64,000 nucleotides of DNA from Candidatus Bathyarchaeia archaeon (GTDB lineage: Archaea > Thermoproteota > Bathyarchaeia > Bathyarchaeales > Bathycorpusculaceae): the NCBI GenBank assembly GCA_038883795.1, contig JAVZLK010000001.1, positions 192,001-256,000 of the forward strand, given 5' to 3'. This document shows, piece by piece, positions 38,661 through 48,165 of the stretch. The position numbers and the translations under genes are program-made. Every line of letters starts with the position of its first letter. Position 1 is the first letter of the stretch. Below the pieces are notes generated by a model. The model was not told where the DNA came from, did no database searches, and was given only the letters and a program-made list of their open reading frames with translations.

Positions 38661-40769
38661 TCAGTTGAAAGGTGGGATTTGTTGAACCAAAATGTAGTCC
38701 AGATAAACGTCGGTTGCATTAGAAGCAATAAATCCTCTAAATTCCATCAAAGATGATAACTTTTTTAATTGAAACGATAAGACGAATTCTTGCCAAACAT
38801 TAGCTTCAGAGAAATCTCCTCCTGTCAAAGTTCTTTTAGCTAACACTTCTTTCCCGAAGTTCTTAGTTACGTCTAAGATAAGAATTTCTTGATTTGTGAT
38901 ATTAGTAATTTTAAGCCTAAATTTTACCTCATATGCGCCTGGAGGCAGCCATATATAGGGGCCATACCAAAAAGAGGGTTCTTTTTTGGTGGAGTTAGCT
39001 TTGTACATGAGAACTTTTTGGCTCATTGAAGTAGGGTCATCAACGATTATTCCTTCGAAGTAGAGTTTTTTCCATTCCGTGGGCAAAGTATCTCGCCAAT
39101 TAATTGACATTTTGAGCGGAAAATAGAAGGACAATTCTCCCTTGTATCCCTTTTTATAGAGTAATAAACTGCCAGCTTGTGCTAGAAGTCCAAATTCTCC
39201 ACTATCGACATATCTTGAGATGCGTTCTTCAAAAGGTGCTTCGGGTTCTCCATATCTTGCAATGTATTCGTCTGGAACTGGATCTTGATGATCAAACCAA
39301 TATGAAAAGATGTCAAATAAAAGATATTCGACAGCCGTGGTGTTCCAGTAGGCGTAAGAATGTAGAGAGTTACTAACATGTGGGAAATAGTCATTTTGTG
39401 TTAGAACGTATGGGTTTGTACTCAAGGGAATTAAAGAAATGAGTCTATGTTTCGCTTGGGTATTTTCATCCAATGTCATCGGAATATTCTGCATAATTAT
39501 TGGAGTGGTGAATAGAAGCGTAATGAGCGTTGCGATCATCATAATAAATAATATACGCGATATAACCCAATCTTTTTCAGAAATTTGGCCGCATTTAAAG
39601 GCGAGCCTTCTAACTCCATGGATAACTGCCACAAAAATTGTTGGTATCAGCAAAAGTGGATAATGATATGTAATGGCAAAATAGTTTGGATTGGAAGCGA
39701 GCATTAATTCCAATAAATTTGGGAAAAACAGTAGTATGGAGGGAATGTCCAAAAATGCAAACATACATAATGGTAGAAAAAGCGTTGCTATAAAAACAAT
39801 TTTTTGCGAGGGCAAATATGATAATTGACTAAGAATTTTTAGAGGGTTTCTTATTAAAAATGAAAGTAAACCCATTAAACCCTCACTTCCTCCCAATTCG
39901 CCATAAACATTCTGTGTGTGATGCGCATAACCTTGGTTCCAAAGAGATCCATACCCATCTAACGTAACAAAATAACTTATCATGTAAAAAGCAAATAAAA
40001 GACCAGCAATTCCTATGAAAACAGTTAGCAAAGAAATGACTGTATTTTTATCGATTTTTCTTTTGAAAATTGATTTTATATTTCTGAAAAGACCATAAAG
40101 TCCAATTCCAACAACAACTAATGATGCATCCTCCTTCACTGAAAGCAATAATAATATACATGCAAAATATTTACTCCACTTATTATTTTTTAAAAAATAG
40201 ATGGCTGAAAAACCTAAAAGTGGAATAAAAGCCTCTGGATGAAAATCGTATAAATTTGAAGCGTGAAGTACTGGATAGAGGAAGTAAAGAGCTGTAAATG
40301 CAAGACTGTGCTTTGTATTGCCAAGTTCGTTTTTTGCCAGAAAGTAGAGGGGAATCCCGCCTAAAGCAACTATAATTGCTTGGAGAATTATAAGGGTTAC
40401 TGGGCTTTGATAAAGGGCATAAAATGGAACAAACAAAAAAAGTATTGGCGAAAAATGTACGTGAAAATGGCTTCCTATCTCCAAGTTATTATAAAATATA
40501 GTGCGAAAATTTATTGTTGTATACAAAGATTGTGAAAAAACGCCTAAATCCCATGCAGTAGCGTGGAACGTGTAATATTTTATCAAGGATAAATAAGAAA
40601 TAACGGCAAAATAAACAAGAATAAAAGCAAAAAGACAAATTTCATTTTTCTTTGAAACAAGATACAAATAAAATCGTCTAAAAGTTTTCGCTAATTCCAT
40701 ATGGATGAACTTAATTTTGTTTTTTGGAATGTTCCTCAAGAATTCCACATCTTCCATTTTGTTGTACAA
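38661..40769 (-). CDS. DUF2079 family membrane protein (putative GT-C) with C-terminal beta-sandwich domain
   Basis: WDLGVFSQ, HFSPIL, DFHPE and KED; C-terminal YGPYIWLPPGAYEVKFRLK. Confidence 0.88.
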   Translation of the reverse strand: MYNKMEDVEFLRNIPKNKIKFIHMELAKTFRRFYLYLVSKKNEICLFAFILVYFAVISYLSLIKYYTFHATAWDLGVFSQSLYTTINFRTIFYNNLEIGSHFHVHFSPILFLFVPFYALYQSPVTLIILQAIIVALGGIPLYFLAKNELGNTKHSLAFTALYFLYPVLHASNLYDFHPEAFIPLLGFSAIYFLKNNKWSKYFACILLLLSVKEDASLVVVGIGLYGLFRNIKSIFKRKIDKNTVISLLTVFIGIAGLLFAFYMISYFVTLDGYGSLWNQGYAHHTQNVYGELGGSEGLMGLLSFLIRNPLKILSQLSYLPSQKIVFIATLFLPLCMFAFLDIPSILLFFPNLLELMLASNPNYFAITYHYPLLLIPTIFVAVIHGVRRLAFKCGQISEKDWVISRILFIMMIATLITLLFTTPIIMQNIPMTLDENTQAKHRLISLIPLSTNPYVLTQNDYFPHVSNSLHSYAYWNTTAVEYLLFDIFSYWFDHQDPVPDEYIARYGEPEAPFEERISRYVDSGEFGLLAQAGSLLLYKKGYKGELSFYFPLKMSINWRDTLPTEWKKLYFEGIIVDDPTSMSQKVLMYKANSTKKEPSFWYGPYIWLPPGAYEVKFRLKITNITNQEILILDVTKNFGKEVLAKRTLTGGDFSEANVWQEFVLSFQLKKLSSLMEFRGFIASNATDVYLDYILVQQIPPFN

Positions 40770-40808
40770 TTTTAAATTGTTTTACATCACTGCCTTTTAA
40801 TATAAATG

Positions 40809-41987
40809 TTAGGAAACTTTCAAAAGGGATTTATAAAGCTCTACGTGTTTTTGGGCGACAAAGCTCCAACTTCTGCCTTCAAATAATTTTTTAAGGTTGG
40901 TGGCGATATTTTTTCTCAATTCTACGTTTTCAAGCAAGATTTCAGCCGCATTGTAAATTTCATCTGAACTGTGCGGATTAACCATTAGACAATTGTAGCC
41001 ATGAGTAAGTTCGCTCATGAATTTTGGGATTCGGGTACATATTACTGGCTTATTAAAATCAATAACTCTGGCTAAGGCGCCACTTGCTTCTAGATATTTT
41101 GTTTCTTGCGATAATAAAATAATAATGTCTGCTTTTTGAATAACTTCATTTAGCATGCTTTCGCTTAAGAAGTTTGTTACGATTATTCTGTTTAAGCTTT
41201 TAAGCTCTGCAATTTTATTTTTGATTCTGTTAAAATAATCATCATGATTGTGAGGATGAACACCGCCGGCTAGTGTAAGCGTCACCTGGGGATAACTGGT
41301 TTGTAGTTTTTTGAAGGCGTCAATTAAATATTCTAAACCCTTATCTTCTCTTAAAAAGCCTAAAGAGAGGATATTTATTTCATCAATTTTTTCTGGCGCG
41401 TTTGTTTGACAGAAAGTTTCTTCAACTTTGTCAACTCCGTGCGGGATTACAACGACTTTACTTTCTTTACAAGCGTAATGTTGAATCAAGGTTTTCTTCA
41501 TCGCAGTATTGAGGACAATCACTCTCGAAGCAAATAAAATCATAAGCTTTGTAATCGTAAAGATTACAATGTTTGTCAGGCAGTTCAACAATTTAGATTT
41601 AAAAAATTTTGCATTCCTCAGTATAATTGTATGCATAGTCAGCACCAAAGTTTTCAAACGTAATCGAAGAAGCAACATAAGTGAAGCAAAGGATAGGGCT
41701 GTGAAAGGTCCACCATAAAGAAGCCAGCCATGTTGCAAATGAAGTATATGTGCCTCTGATTTAATTGCTGTTTTAAGGATTTGTGAAAGAGCTAGAGGTC
41801 CTCGCTGCCAACATCTGTGGACTTGAAGATCACTTTTGTCTCTGTAAAAAGATTGTTGGTCAATTTTGTTTGCAATTATGCTAATTTTGATCTTTTTATT
41901 TTTCGACATCTCTAAATATAATTTAGATGAGTAAATTGCTATACCTTCGCGATATGGTGGCCAAGTAGTTACTACACATATCTTCAA
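40809..41987 (-). CDS. GT4 glycosyltransferase
   Basis: TWPPYREGIA.YS, IPHG, GFLREDKGLE and SGAL. Confidence 0.9.
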   Translation of the reverse strand: MKICVVTTWPPYREGIAIYSSKLYLEMSKNKKIKISIIANKIDQQSFYRDKSDLQVHRCWQRGPLALSQILKTAIKSEAHILHLQHGWLLYGGPFTALSFASLMLLLRLRLKTLVLTMHTIILRNAKFFKSKLLNCLTNIVIFTITKLMILFASRVIVLNTAMKKTLIQHYACKESKVVVIPHGVDKVEETFCQTNAPEKIDEINILSLGFLREDKGLEYLIDAFKKLQTSYPQVTLTLAGGVHPHNHDDYFNRIKNKIAELKSLNRIIVTNFLSESMLNEVIQKADIIILLSQETKYLEASGALARVIDFNKPVICTRIPKFMSELTHGYNCLMVNPHSSDEIYNAAEILLENVELRKNIATNLKKLFEGRSWSFVAQKHVELYKSLLKVS

Positions 41988-42006
41988 AGTCGACTCTCCT
42001 CTTTTA

Positions 42007-43500
42007 TTAACTATTTATGCGTTTGTAAAGCATTACCCCATCTTCTTCGTCTAGAAGTTCATATTTAGCACTATTTGGATCGATGAAATCGCTTTTGATG
42101 AATTCGGCTGCCGTGGCGTAGTGAAGACTTGAGTTAAAATCCAGAAGCACATAATCTACACCGCTTTCACTGAGATTTAATAACATTTCTTTACCAACTT
42201 GTCTATATTGTTCTCCCCACGAAGGTGGAGGAATCGTATATGCATTAGGTCTGTTTGAAAGATGAGGGAACAGATTGCTTTGTGTAAGCACAGAAGCATT
42301 TTGAGGAATAGATGAAATAAATTTGTAAACTACCGTACCATGTTCATGAAATACCTGAAAAATCTCAAACTTAGAATACATTAATGGCAAAAAAGTGGCA
42401 AGCGATATAACACATATTAAAAATGTTATTTTCACAATTTTTAAAACAAAAGTCTGATAACGATTATTTTTCTGCAACCTGTATATGCCATGAATTAATG
42501 CCAAAAAAATGAATGGCACCATAAAGGCCCCATAATGTCCTTCTACACTATAATACAATGGATAGGATGATAACAAACTTATGCAAAGATAAGGAATTGC
42601 AGGGATGAGCCCTTGTACACCTAAAAAAGGCAAAAATAATGTGGGAAGAAAAACAATTGATAAGTAGGATATCTTTGTTAGTCCGTCGTAGGTTAAAGCT
42701 CTCCATGCACCAATAGGATTTGTAATCATTTTTAATGGAAGTTCTGTAGGACCCGCGGCGCCTATCAATCCCCACTCATTCCACAATGACGGAATACCTG
42801 TCCAGCCGAAAAAAATTCTCAGTTTTTGAGCAGCAAAAAAATAAGCAATGCTTATGATCAAGATGATTAGAGAGGCTAAAAAACCCTTACTTTTAATGGA
42901 TTTGTTATATAACATACCATATAACGCTATGAATGCAATAACGACAGATGAAGCTTCATGAGTTAATAATCCAAACGCAACGGCTAATGCAAGCTTCCTA
43001 AAATCGCTCTTTACTAAGTAAAGGACAACAAACAGGAAAATTGTTACAGCAAAAGGTTCTGGAGAAAAACCAGAAATAGTGACGCCTTGCAAAGGAGGAT
43101 ACAACAAATAAAAAATTCCAAGAATAGCGGCTGTCTTTTCTTTTTTCAAGAAAAAATTAGCAAGGTCATATGCGGGTAAAGCCCCTATGGCCACTATGAA
43201 TGTGCTTATTACAAGAAGGCCTTCGGGTTTTGGATAAATAGCGTATATGGGAAGCACTAGAAGGATTATTGGGCTGAAGTGTGTTCCTAAAAAGCATCTT
43301 GTTCTCGTATAAAATGGTTCAGTGGTGTAATATAAAAATCGTCCATGAAGTGTGTTCCATAATGCTTGGTTGAAGATTCCTAAATCCCACGTATAAATTT
43401 GAAACGAATAATATGTTATAATTTCGGCTATTGAGAAACAAATGGTGTATATCAATATTGCGATCAAGACGTAAATTTTATATCCAAAAAATTTTCTCAT
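42007..43500 (-). CDS. DUF2079 family membrane protein (putative GT-C)
   Basis: WDLGIFNQALW, HFSPII and PHLSNR; multiple TM helices. Confidence 0.88.
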   Translation of the reverse strand: MRKFFGYKIYVLIAILIYTICFSIAEIITYYSFQIYTWDLGIFNQALWNTLHGRFLYYTTEPFYTRTRCFLGTHFSPIILLVLPIYAIYPKPEGLLVISTFIVAIGALPAYDLANFFLKKEKTAAILGIFYLLYPPLQGVTISGFSPEPFAVTIFLFVVLYLVKSDFRKLALAVAFGLLTHEASSVVIAFIALYGMLYNKSIKSKGFLASLIILIISIAYFFAAQKLRIFFGWTGIPSLWNEWGLIGAAGPTELPLKMITNPIGAWRALTYDGLTKISYLSIVFLPTLFLPFLGVQGLIPAIPYLCISLLSSYPLYYSVEGHYGAFMVPFIFLALIHGIYRLQKNNRYQTFVLKIVKITFLICVISLATFLPLMYSKFEIFQVFHEHGTVVYKFISSIPQNASVLTQSNLFPHLSNRPNAYTIPPPSWGEQYRQVGKEMLLNLSESGVDYVLLDFNSSLHYATAAEFIKSDFIDPNSAKYELLDEEDGVMLYKRINS

Positions 43501-44546
43501 TTTGCGGAGGATATTGCTACCTCCCTTAGCATTTCTAAAAATTTTGGGAAAACGTTGTTAACGTCATACTTTATCACTTGTTCTCGCATATTATTGGCGA
43601 TTTTGTTAAAATCGTCCTTTCTTGTTTTCCACATATGTTGAAGTTGGCAAATTATCTGAGCGAATTCTTGTATCGATGTTGCATAGAAAAGTGGCAAGTC
43701 AAGTCCTTTGACGGCTTCTGTTGGTAAAGCTACAATAGGCACTTTACATGCTGAGGCTTCGAGAAGAGTCAATGGAAAAACGTCTATTTTACTTGCATAT
43801 ACTAGGATGTGAACCCTAGAATATAGGTTAACAAGTTCTTTAACGTCTGTTATAAAACCAAGATTTTTCACGTTGTTTACACTTTCCAAATCAGGCCCTA
43901 TAGCCAAAAAATCAATTTCTTTGTTTTTTAAAATTTCAGCGATTTTAACAAAAAATGAAAAACCTTTTGTTTTCCTTCCTGTAAAAAGTGCAGAAAACTT
44001 TTGATTTTTTTCTTCAACAGGCTTGTATAGAGAAGTGTCTATCCAGTTTGGGACATAATATACATGTTTATTTTTGAAGAATATTTTAAGGGCTTGCTTG
44101 TTGATTACATGAATAGCGTTAAAATTCCTTAATTCTTTGTTTTCGCTTTTGTTGAAATATAGACGAGATATGAATTTTGAAAATCCGAATTCTTTTACAT
44201 AATCCACATAATTCATAAATCTTATTTCAGGATGCTGAAGTTCGTTGGCGAAAACAAAGGCATGAATTGCTGCTATTTTTGGGCATTTTCCTATAAATAA
44301 ATGATGTACTATTGGTGCATAAATAAAGTATGCGACATCCGAATCGTTAATGTTGTGAATGATATTTTCGTTATAATTAACGCCTTGAAGAAATTCATCA
44401 ATGTTTATTCGTCTTCGCCCAAAAGGTAAAGCATAAATGGTTACCTCATGCCCTCTTTTTTTTAATTGTTTTGCAACTTCTATTAGGAATCGTTCACCAC
44501 CCCCATGAAACGTGAGACTATAGTGGTGGCAGAGGGCTACTTTCAT
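43497..44546 (-). CDS. GT4 glycosyltransferase
   Basis: GGGERF, PNWID and DVFPLTLLEASAC. Confidence 0.9.
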   Translation of the reverse strand: MKVALCHHYSLTFHGGGERFLIEVAKQLKKRGHEVTIYALPFGRRRINIDEFLQGVNYNENIIHNINDSDVAYFIYAPIVHHLFIGKCPKIAAIHAFVFANELQHPEIRFMNYVDYVKEFGFSKFISRLYFNKSENKELRNFNAIHVINKQALKIFFKNKHVYYVPNWIDTSLYKPVEEKNQKFSALFTGRKTKGFSFFVKIAEILKNKEIDFLAIGPDLESVNNVKNLGFITDVKELVNLYSRVHILVYASKIDVFPLTLLEASACKVPIVALPTEAVKGLDLPLFYATSIQEFAQIICQLQHMWKTRKDDFNKIANNMREQVIKYDVNNVFPKFLEMLREVAISSAK

Positions 44547-44684
44547 TACTTTTCCTCAAGTCATGAGTACCTTTTATTTTGCTTTTTAAATTTGCTACTG
44601 TCAATAAAGCCTTAACGTTAGCTGCTTAAAGGTTTTAAGCAAAATCCTTTCTATATTCTGAAGAGAATTTGGTTGGAGAAGTTG

Positions 44685-45902
44685 ATGTCTCTCGCTTTTG
44701 TACAAAAAATTTTTCGGGAATATTACACTAAAGACTTTCGGTTTAATGAAAATTTACAGATGATCCGTAATCGGGAATTTGGCTTTATTTCATTTGAGGG
44801 ATTAATGCTACGTCATGAAAGTTTTAAGAATGCTGAAGAATTGGAAAATTTTCTACGTACTTTTGTTCCCAGAGATTCTTATTTTTCATGTGCATATTAC
44901 GAAGATCCTAAGGCTGAGATGGAAAAGAAAGGGTGGTTGGGAGCTGACTTAGTTTTTGATATTGATGCTGATCACATTACTACCTCTTGCAATAAAGTTC
45001 ATGATGAATGGGTTTGTAGCAATTGTAAGTTTGCGGGAAAGGGAATTGAGCCTGAAAAATGTCCAGTTTGTGGTGGTGAAAAATTTGAAGTATACACTTG
45101 GCCTTGTGAAAATTGTTTAGCTTCCGCAAAAGCGGAAACTCTGAAACTTTTGGATATGCTGATGCAGGATTTCGGTTTTTCTGAAAAAGAGTTGCACGTA
45201 TTTTTTTCGGGGCATCGCGGCTATCACGTTCATGTAGAAAGTGAAGCGGTAAAAAGTTTAGATGCGATTTCACGTAAAGAGATAGTTGATTATGTTTGTG
45301 GTTTAGGGTTCGATGCAAAGTTTCAAGGCTTACGTGGAGAAGGTGTGCATATTTTTGAAAGTCTAAACTTAAGTAGTTCTGGGTGGTGTGGGAGAGTTGC
45401 CCGTGGCATTTACGATTTTATACTCACTGCTAACCCGGAGGATTACAAGAGTTTAGGGGTGAAAGGAAACGTTGCCAAAGCCATAATAAAGAACAAAGAC
45501 AACATTTTAAAAAAGCTAAGCGCTCCAGCTTACCCAAGTGCCATAAAGGGAGTAGGTCTCGAGACATTGAAAAAAATTGCCGAATTTTGTGCAAAATCCA
45601 AGGCAGCTCAGGTTGATACCGTTGTAACAACTGATATTCACCGTTTAATTAGAATGCCCAACACTTTGCACGGTAAAACAGGCTTAAAAAAAGTGGAGTT
45701 TCCCATCTCTAAAATTGAAGATTTTGACCCTTTTGACAGCGCCGTAGCCTTTAAAAAAGGAACAACAACCGTTCTGGTTTCTGACTCGCCAAAGTTTAAG
45801 CTTGGCGGTGAGTTTTTTGGTCCATATAAGAATCAGAAAGTTGAATTGCCTATGGCTGCAGCTGTGTTACTTGTATGTAAGGGTAGGGCGGAGGTTGTCT
45901 AA
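44685..45902 (+). CDS. priS: DNA primase small (catalytic) subunit
   Basis: REFGF, DLVFDIDAD, FSGHRGYH and D..VT.DIHRLIRMP.TLH; zinc-ribbon insertion. Confidence 0.96.
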   Translation: MSLAFVQKIFREYYTKDFRFNENLQMIRNREFGFISFEGLMLRHESFKNAEELENFLRTFVPRDSYFSCAYYEDPKAEMEKKGWLGADLVFDIDADHITTSCNKVHDEWVCSNCKFAGKGIEPEKCPVCGGEKFEVYTWPCENCLASAKAETLKLLDMLMQDFGFSEKELHVFFSGHRGYHVHVESEAVKSLDAISRKEIVDYVCGLGFDAKFQGLRGEGVHIFESLNLSSSGWCGRVARGIYDFILTANPEDYKSLGVKGNVAKAIIKNKDNILKKLSAPAYPSAIKGVGLETLKKIAEFCAKSKAAQVDTVVTTDIHRLIRMPNTLHGKTGLKKVEFPISKIEDFDPFDSAVAFKKGTTTVLVSDSPKFKLGGEFFGPYKNQKVELPMAAAVLLVCKGRAEVV

Positions 45903-45905
45903 CTA

Positions 45906-46457
45906 ATGTATAATGAGTTGTATGAAGTTTGGCGACAGGAACTTGAGAATGTTGAACTTGTAAGGCTTCCAGACGACTTTTACTCGAAAGTTGCTGATTA
46001 TCTAAAAAGAATTAGAGAAGAAAGCCGAATGCTTGACAAAAGAACGGTGAAGGCAAATCTTCTCAAGAAAGAACGGCAGAATGTTAAACGCATGCTCCTT
46101 GAATTGTTTCAAGCACGTTATAAAAAGCTTATCGGAAAAATGGCTAAGGGTGAAAAAATATCGGTTGATGCTTTAACAATTGAAGAAAAGAAAATTTTTA
46201 CTGGCGTTTCACGTATTGCAGAAGCATACCGAAGTTTTGCTAAAGACATTATTCAGGGGCATTCTTTAAAAATCAGTGTCGAAAAGGAACTCAAAATTAT
46301 TGTTTTACGTTTTCTAAAGGATGTGCCAGCACTTATCGGCTCAGACATGAAAACTTATGGTCCATTCAAAACCGAAGACGTGGCATCTTTACCCGCTGAA
46401 AATGCCAAAATTTTAGTTAGGCAAGGTTTAGCTGAAAAAGTTGAAGTATCTTTTTGA
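45906..46457 (+). CDS. GINS subunit Gins15 (Gins51)
   Basis: Helical A domain (L..LPDDFY) followed by B domain RFLKDVP..IG.D.KTYGPF..ED; lies next to priS. Confidence 0.9.
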   Translation: MYNELYEVWRQELENVELVRLPDDFYSKVADYLKRIREESRMLDKRTVKANLLKKERQNVKRMLLELFQARYKKLIGKMAKGEKISVDALTIEEKKIFTGVSRIAEAYRSFAKDIIQGHSLKISVEKELKIIVLRFLKDVPALIGSDMKTYGPFKTEDVASLPAENAKILVRQGLAEKVEVSF

Positions 46458-46482
46458 TTTTAAGTGCCTAGATCGCCATGTT

Positions 46483-47529
46483 TCAGAGTTTTTTCGATGG
46501 AATCTTTCTACTTTTTATCTTTCTCCAGAGAGCTTGAGTTCCAATTATTATTAACGGGTATGCCGTAATCCAAGTTATGGAATATAACGGGCCGTAGTAA
46601 TTGTGAAATTGCTGAACTTGAGGAGAAGTTGCACCGTAATCTATTGCTATTATAAAAATTGTGGCTATTCTTAGAATGTTAATGAAGTATGTGATTGCAG
46701 CGCCTATTAGGAAGTAGGCCGTTCTTTGCTTCCACGAGATAACACTGTCCTTCAAGAACAAAAGAATTGTAACGGAATATATTATGAGACTATCAATACC
46801 TGAGCATGGCCAAGCTATTCCAAAAGATGGTCCTATTGTTTGGTTTGGTTTTCGAACTGTTAAGATAGGCGTTCCGAAGAGCTGTCCCGTCCACTCGGTT
46901 TGATATCCCATTAGGGTCAAAACATTTGCTGCAAGCGTAGCTGTTGTTGGAACAAGCAATTGGAAAGGTGTGAATGTTCCGTAAGGATATATATTGTCAA
47001 CGGTGTATATTATCCCAATAATTCCCAAAAAAATTACTGAAATAGAATGGTTCATTAAACCTTCATATCCATATGCTAGCAAAACTATTGAGATGAATAG
47101 TGCTGTGAAAACCAAATATTCTGTGGATAGCGGCATTTCATAAGCCCAAAAAACGTTATTCTTTTCTGCGAAATCGCCAATCATAGCGTTTAATCCATAA
47201 TAATTGGCGGCGACGACGTATAATGTGGGGAGTAATAAAAAGATAATAAATGCTATAGTTCTTGTAGATTTCAGTTTGCCCAATTTATTTGTTTGGATTT
47301 TTTCCCAACTTAGTATGAGTTCTAAAGAAACTAGCCATATGAAGAACAGATAGTATGTTCTGCCTTTCCATGTCGCTTCGTAAGATTCTGGATAAAGTGA
47401 ATATAATATGAGAAATGGTATGATGAATGAAAGGACTGTTAAGATTTTTATTAAAGTGGTGGGATTTTTCTTAAGCGTTTGGGCAGCATTTAGGATTTTG
47501 TCTTTTAATGTTTGTATTATGTTTGGCAT
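46483..47529 (-). CDS. Archaeosortase/exosortase family protein (thaumarchaeosortase-like)
   Basis: Multi-TM protein with catalytic Cys (IAWPCSG), Arg (NILRI) and His (FHNY). Confidence 0.85.
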   Translation of the reverse strand: MPNIIQTLKDKILNAAQTLKKNPTTLIKILTVLSFIIPFLILYSLYPESYEATWKGRTYYLFFIWLVSLELILSWEKIQTNKLGKLKSTRTIAFIIFLLLPTLYVVAANYYGLNAMIGDFAEKNNVFWAYEMPLSTEYLVFTALFISIVLLAYGYEGLMNHSISVIFLGIIGIIYTVDNIYPYGTFTPFQLLVPTTATLAANVLTLMGYQTEWTGQLFGTPILTVRKPNQTIGPSFGIAWPCSGIDSLIIYSVTILLFLKDSVISWKQRTAYFLIGAAITYFINILRIATIFIIAIDYGATSPQVQQFHNYYGPLYSITWITAYPLIIIGTQALWRKIKSRKIPSKKL

Positions 47530-47666
47530 TTCATCCTTTCCATTTTCAGTTTGCAATTATAATTATTAGCAAGGATTTAAGCTGTGCCCATTCCTTAAAT
47601 GTTTTGGAATGGTGAAAAAGTATAAGTGCGGGTATGTTGTTTGTATGCAGAGCTGGTGTGTCTGGA

Positions 47667-47942
47667 TTGAATGTGCCGAAGGAGATTAGAACTTACTGTC
47701 CTAAATGTAAAGCTCATCAGCTTCATACGGTTACTCTTTACAAGGCTGGGAAGCGTAGGGCTTTGGCTAAGGGCGAGCGTCATCATGAACGGGAGAAGAA
47801 GGGTTATGGCGGACAGAAGTACCCTCTTCAAAGAGAATTTTCAAAAACCACTAAGAAGCAAACTTTGAAGTTGAAGTGTAAGGTTTGTGGTTATACGCGG
47901 CATAAAGAGGGTATACGTTTAAGAAAGTTGACTATTGAATAG
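47667..47942 (+). CDS. rpl44e: 50S ribosomal protein L44e
   Basis: TYCPKC, GYGGQKYP and KTTKK..L.L.C..C. Confidence 0.98.
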   Translation: MNVPKEIRTYCPKCKAHQLHTVTLYKAGKRRALAKGERHHEREKKGYGGQKYPLQREFSKTTKKQTLKLKCKVCGYTRHKEGIRLRKLTIE

Positions 47943-47958
47943 GAATGGGTGAATATCA

Positions 47959-48156
47959 ATGGCTGAATGGGAGAAACTTATTCCAAAGCCGAGAAGCAGT
48001 TTTCTTAGAGTAAAATGTCAAAAATGCGGCAACGAACAATTAGTTTATAGTCATGCTGTGAACCGAGTTAATTGTAACGTATGCGGAACAGAACTTGTTG
48101 AACCTTCCGGTGGCAAAGCAAAAATTAAAGGCGAAATTGTGGCTGTTTTCGAGTAG
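47959..48156 (+). CDS. rps27e: 30S ribosomal protein S27e
   Basis: [11 protein letters not shown] and C..CG..L..PSGGKA. Confidence 0.98.
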   Translation: MAEWEKLIPKPRSSFLRVKCQKCGNEQLVYSHAVNRVNCNVCGTELVEPSGGKAKIKGEIVAVFE

Positions 48157-48165
48157 GGGTTTGAG

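Larger units (their letters stand above)
36635..44672. other. AT-rich glycosylation gene island between priL and priS
   Basis: Six glycosylation genes, visibly AT-richer than the flanks, interrupt the PCNA-priL-priS-GINS order. No integrase or terminal repeats seen. Confidence 0.65.

Noticed and set aside
44624-44640. Inverted repeat GCTTAAA-GGT-TTTAAGC at the island's right edge as a possible att or IS end
   Set aside because: It coincides with the priS BRE-TATA and has no counterpart at the left edge.
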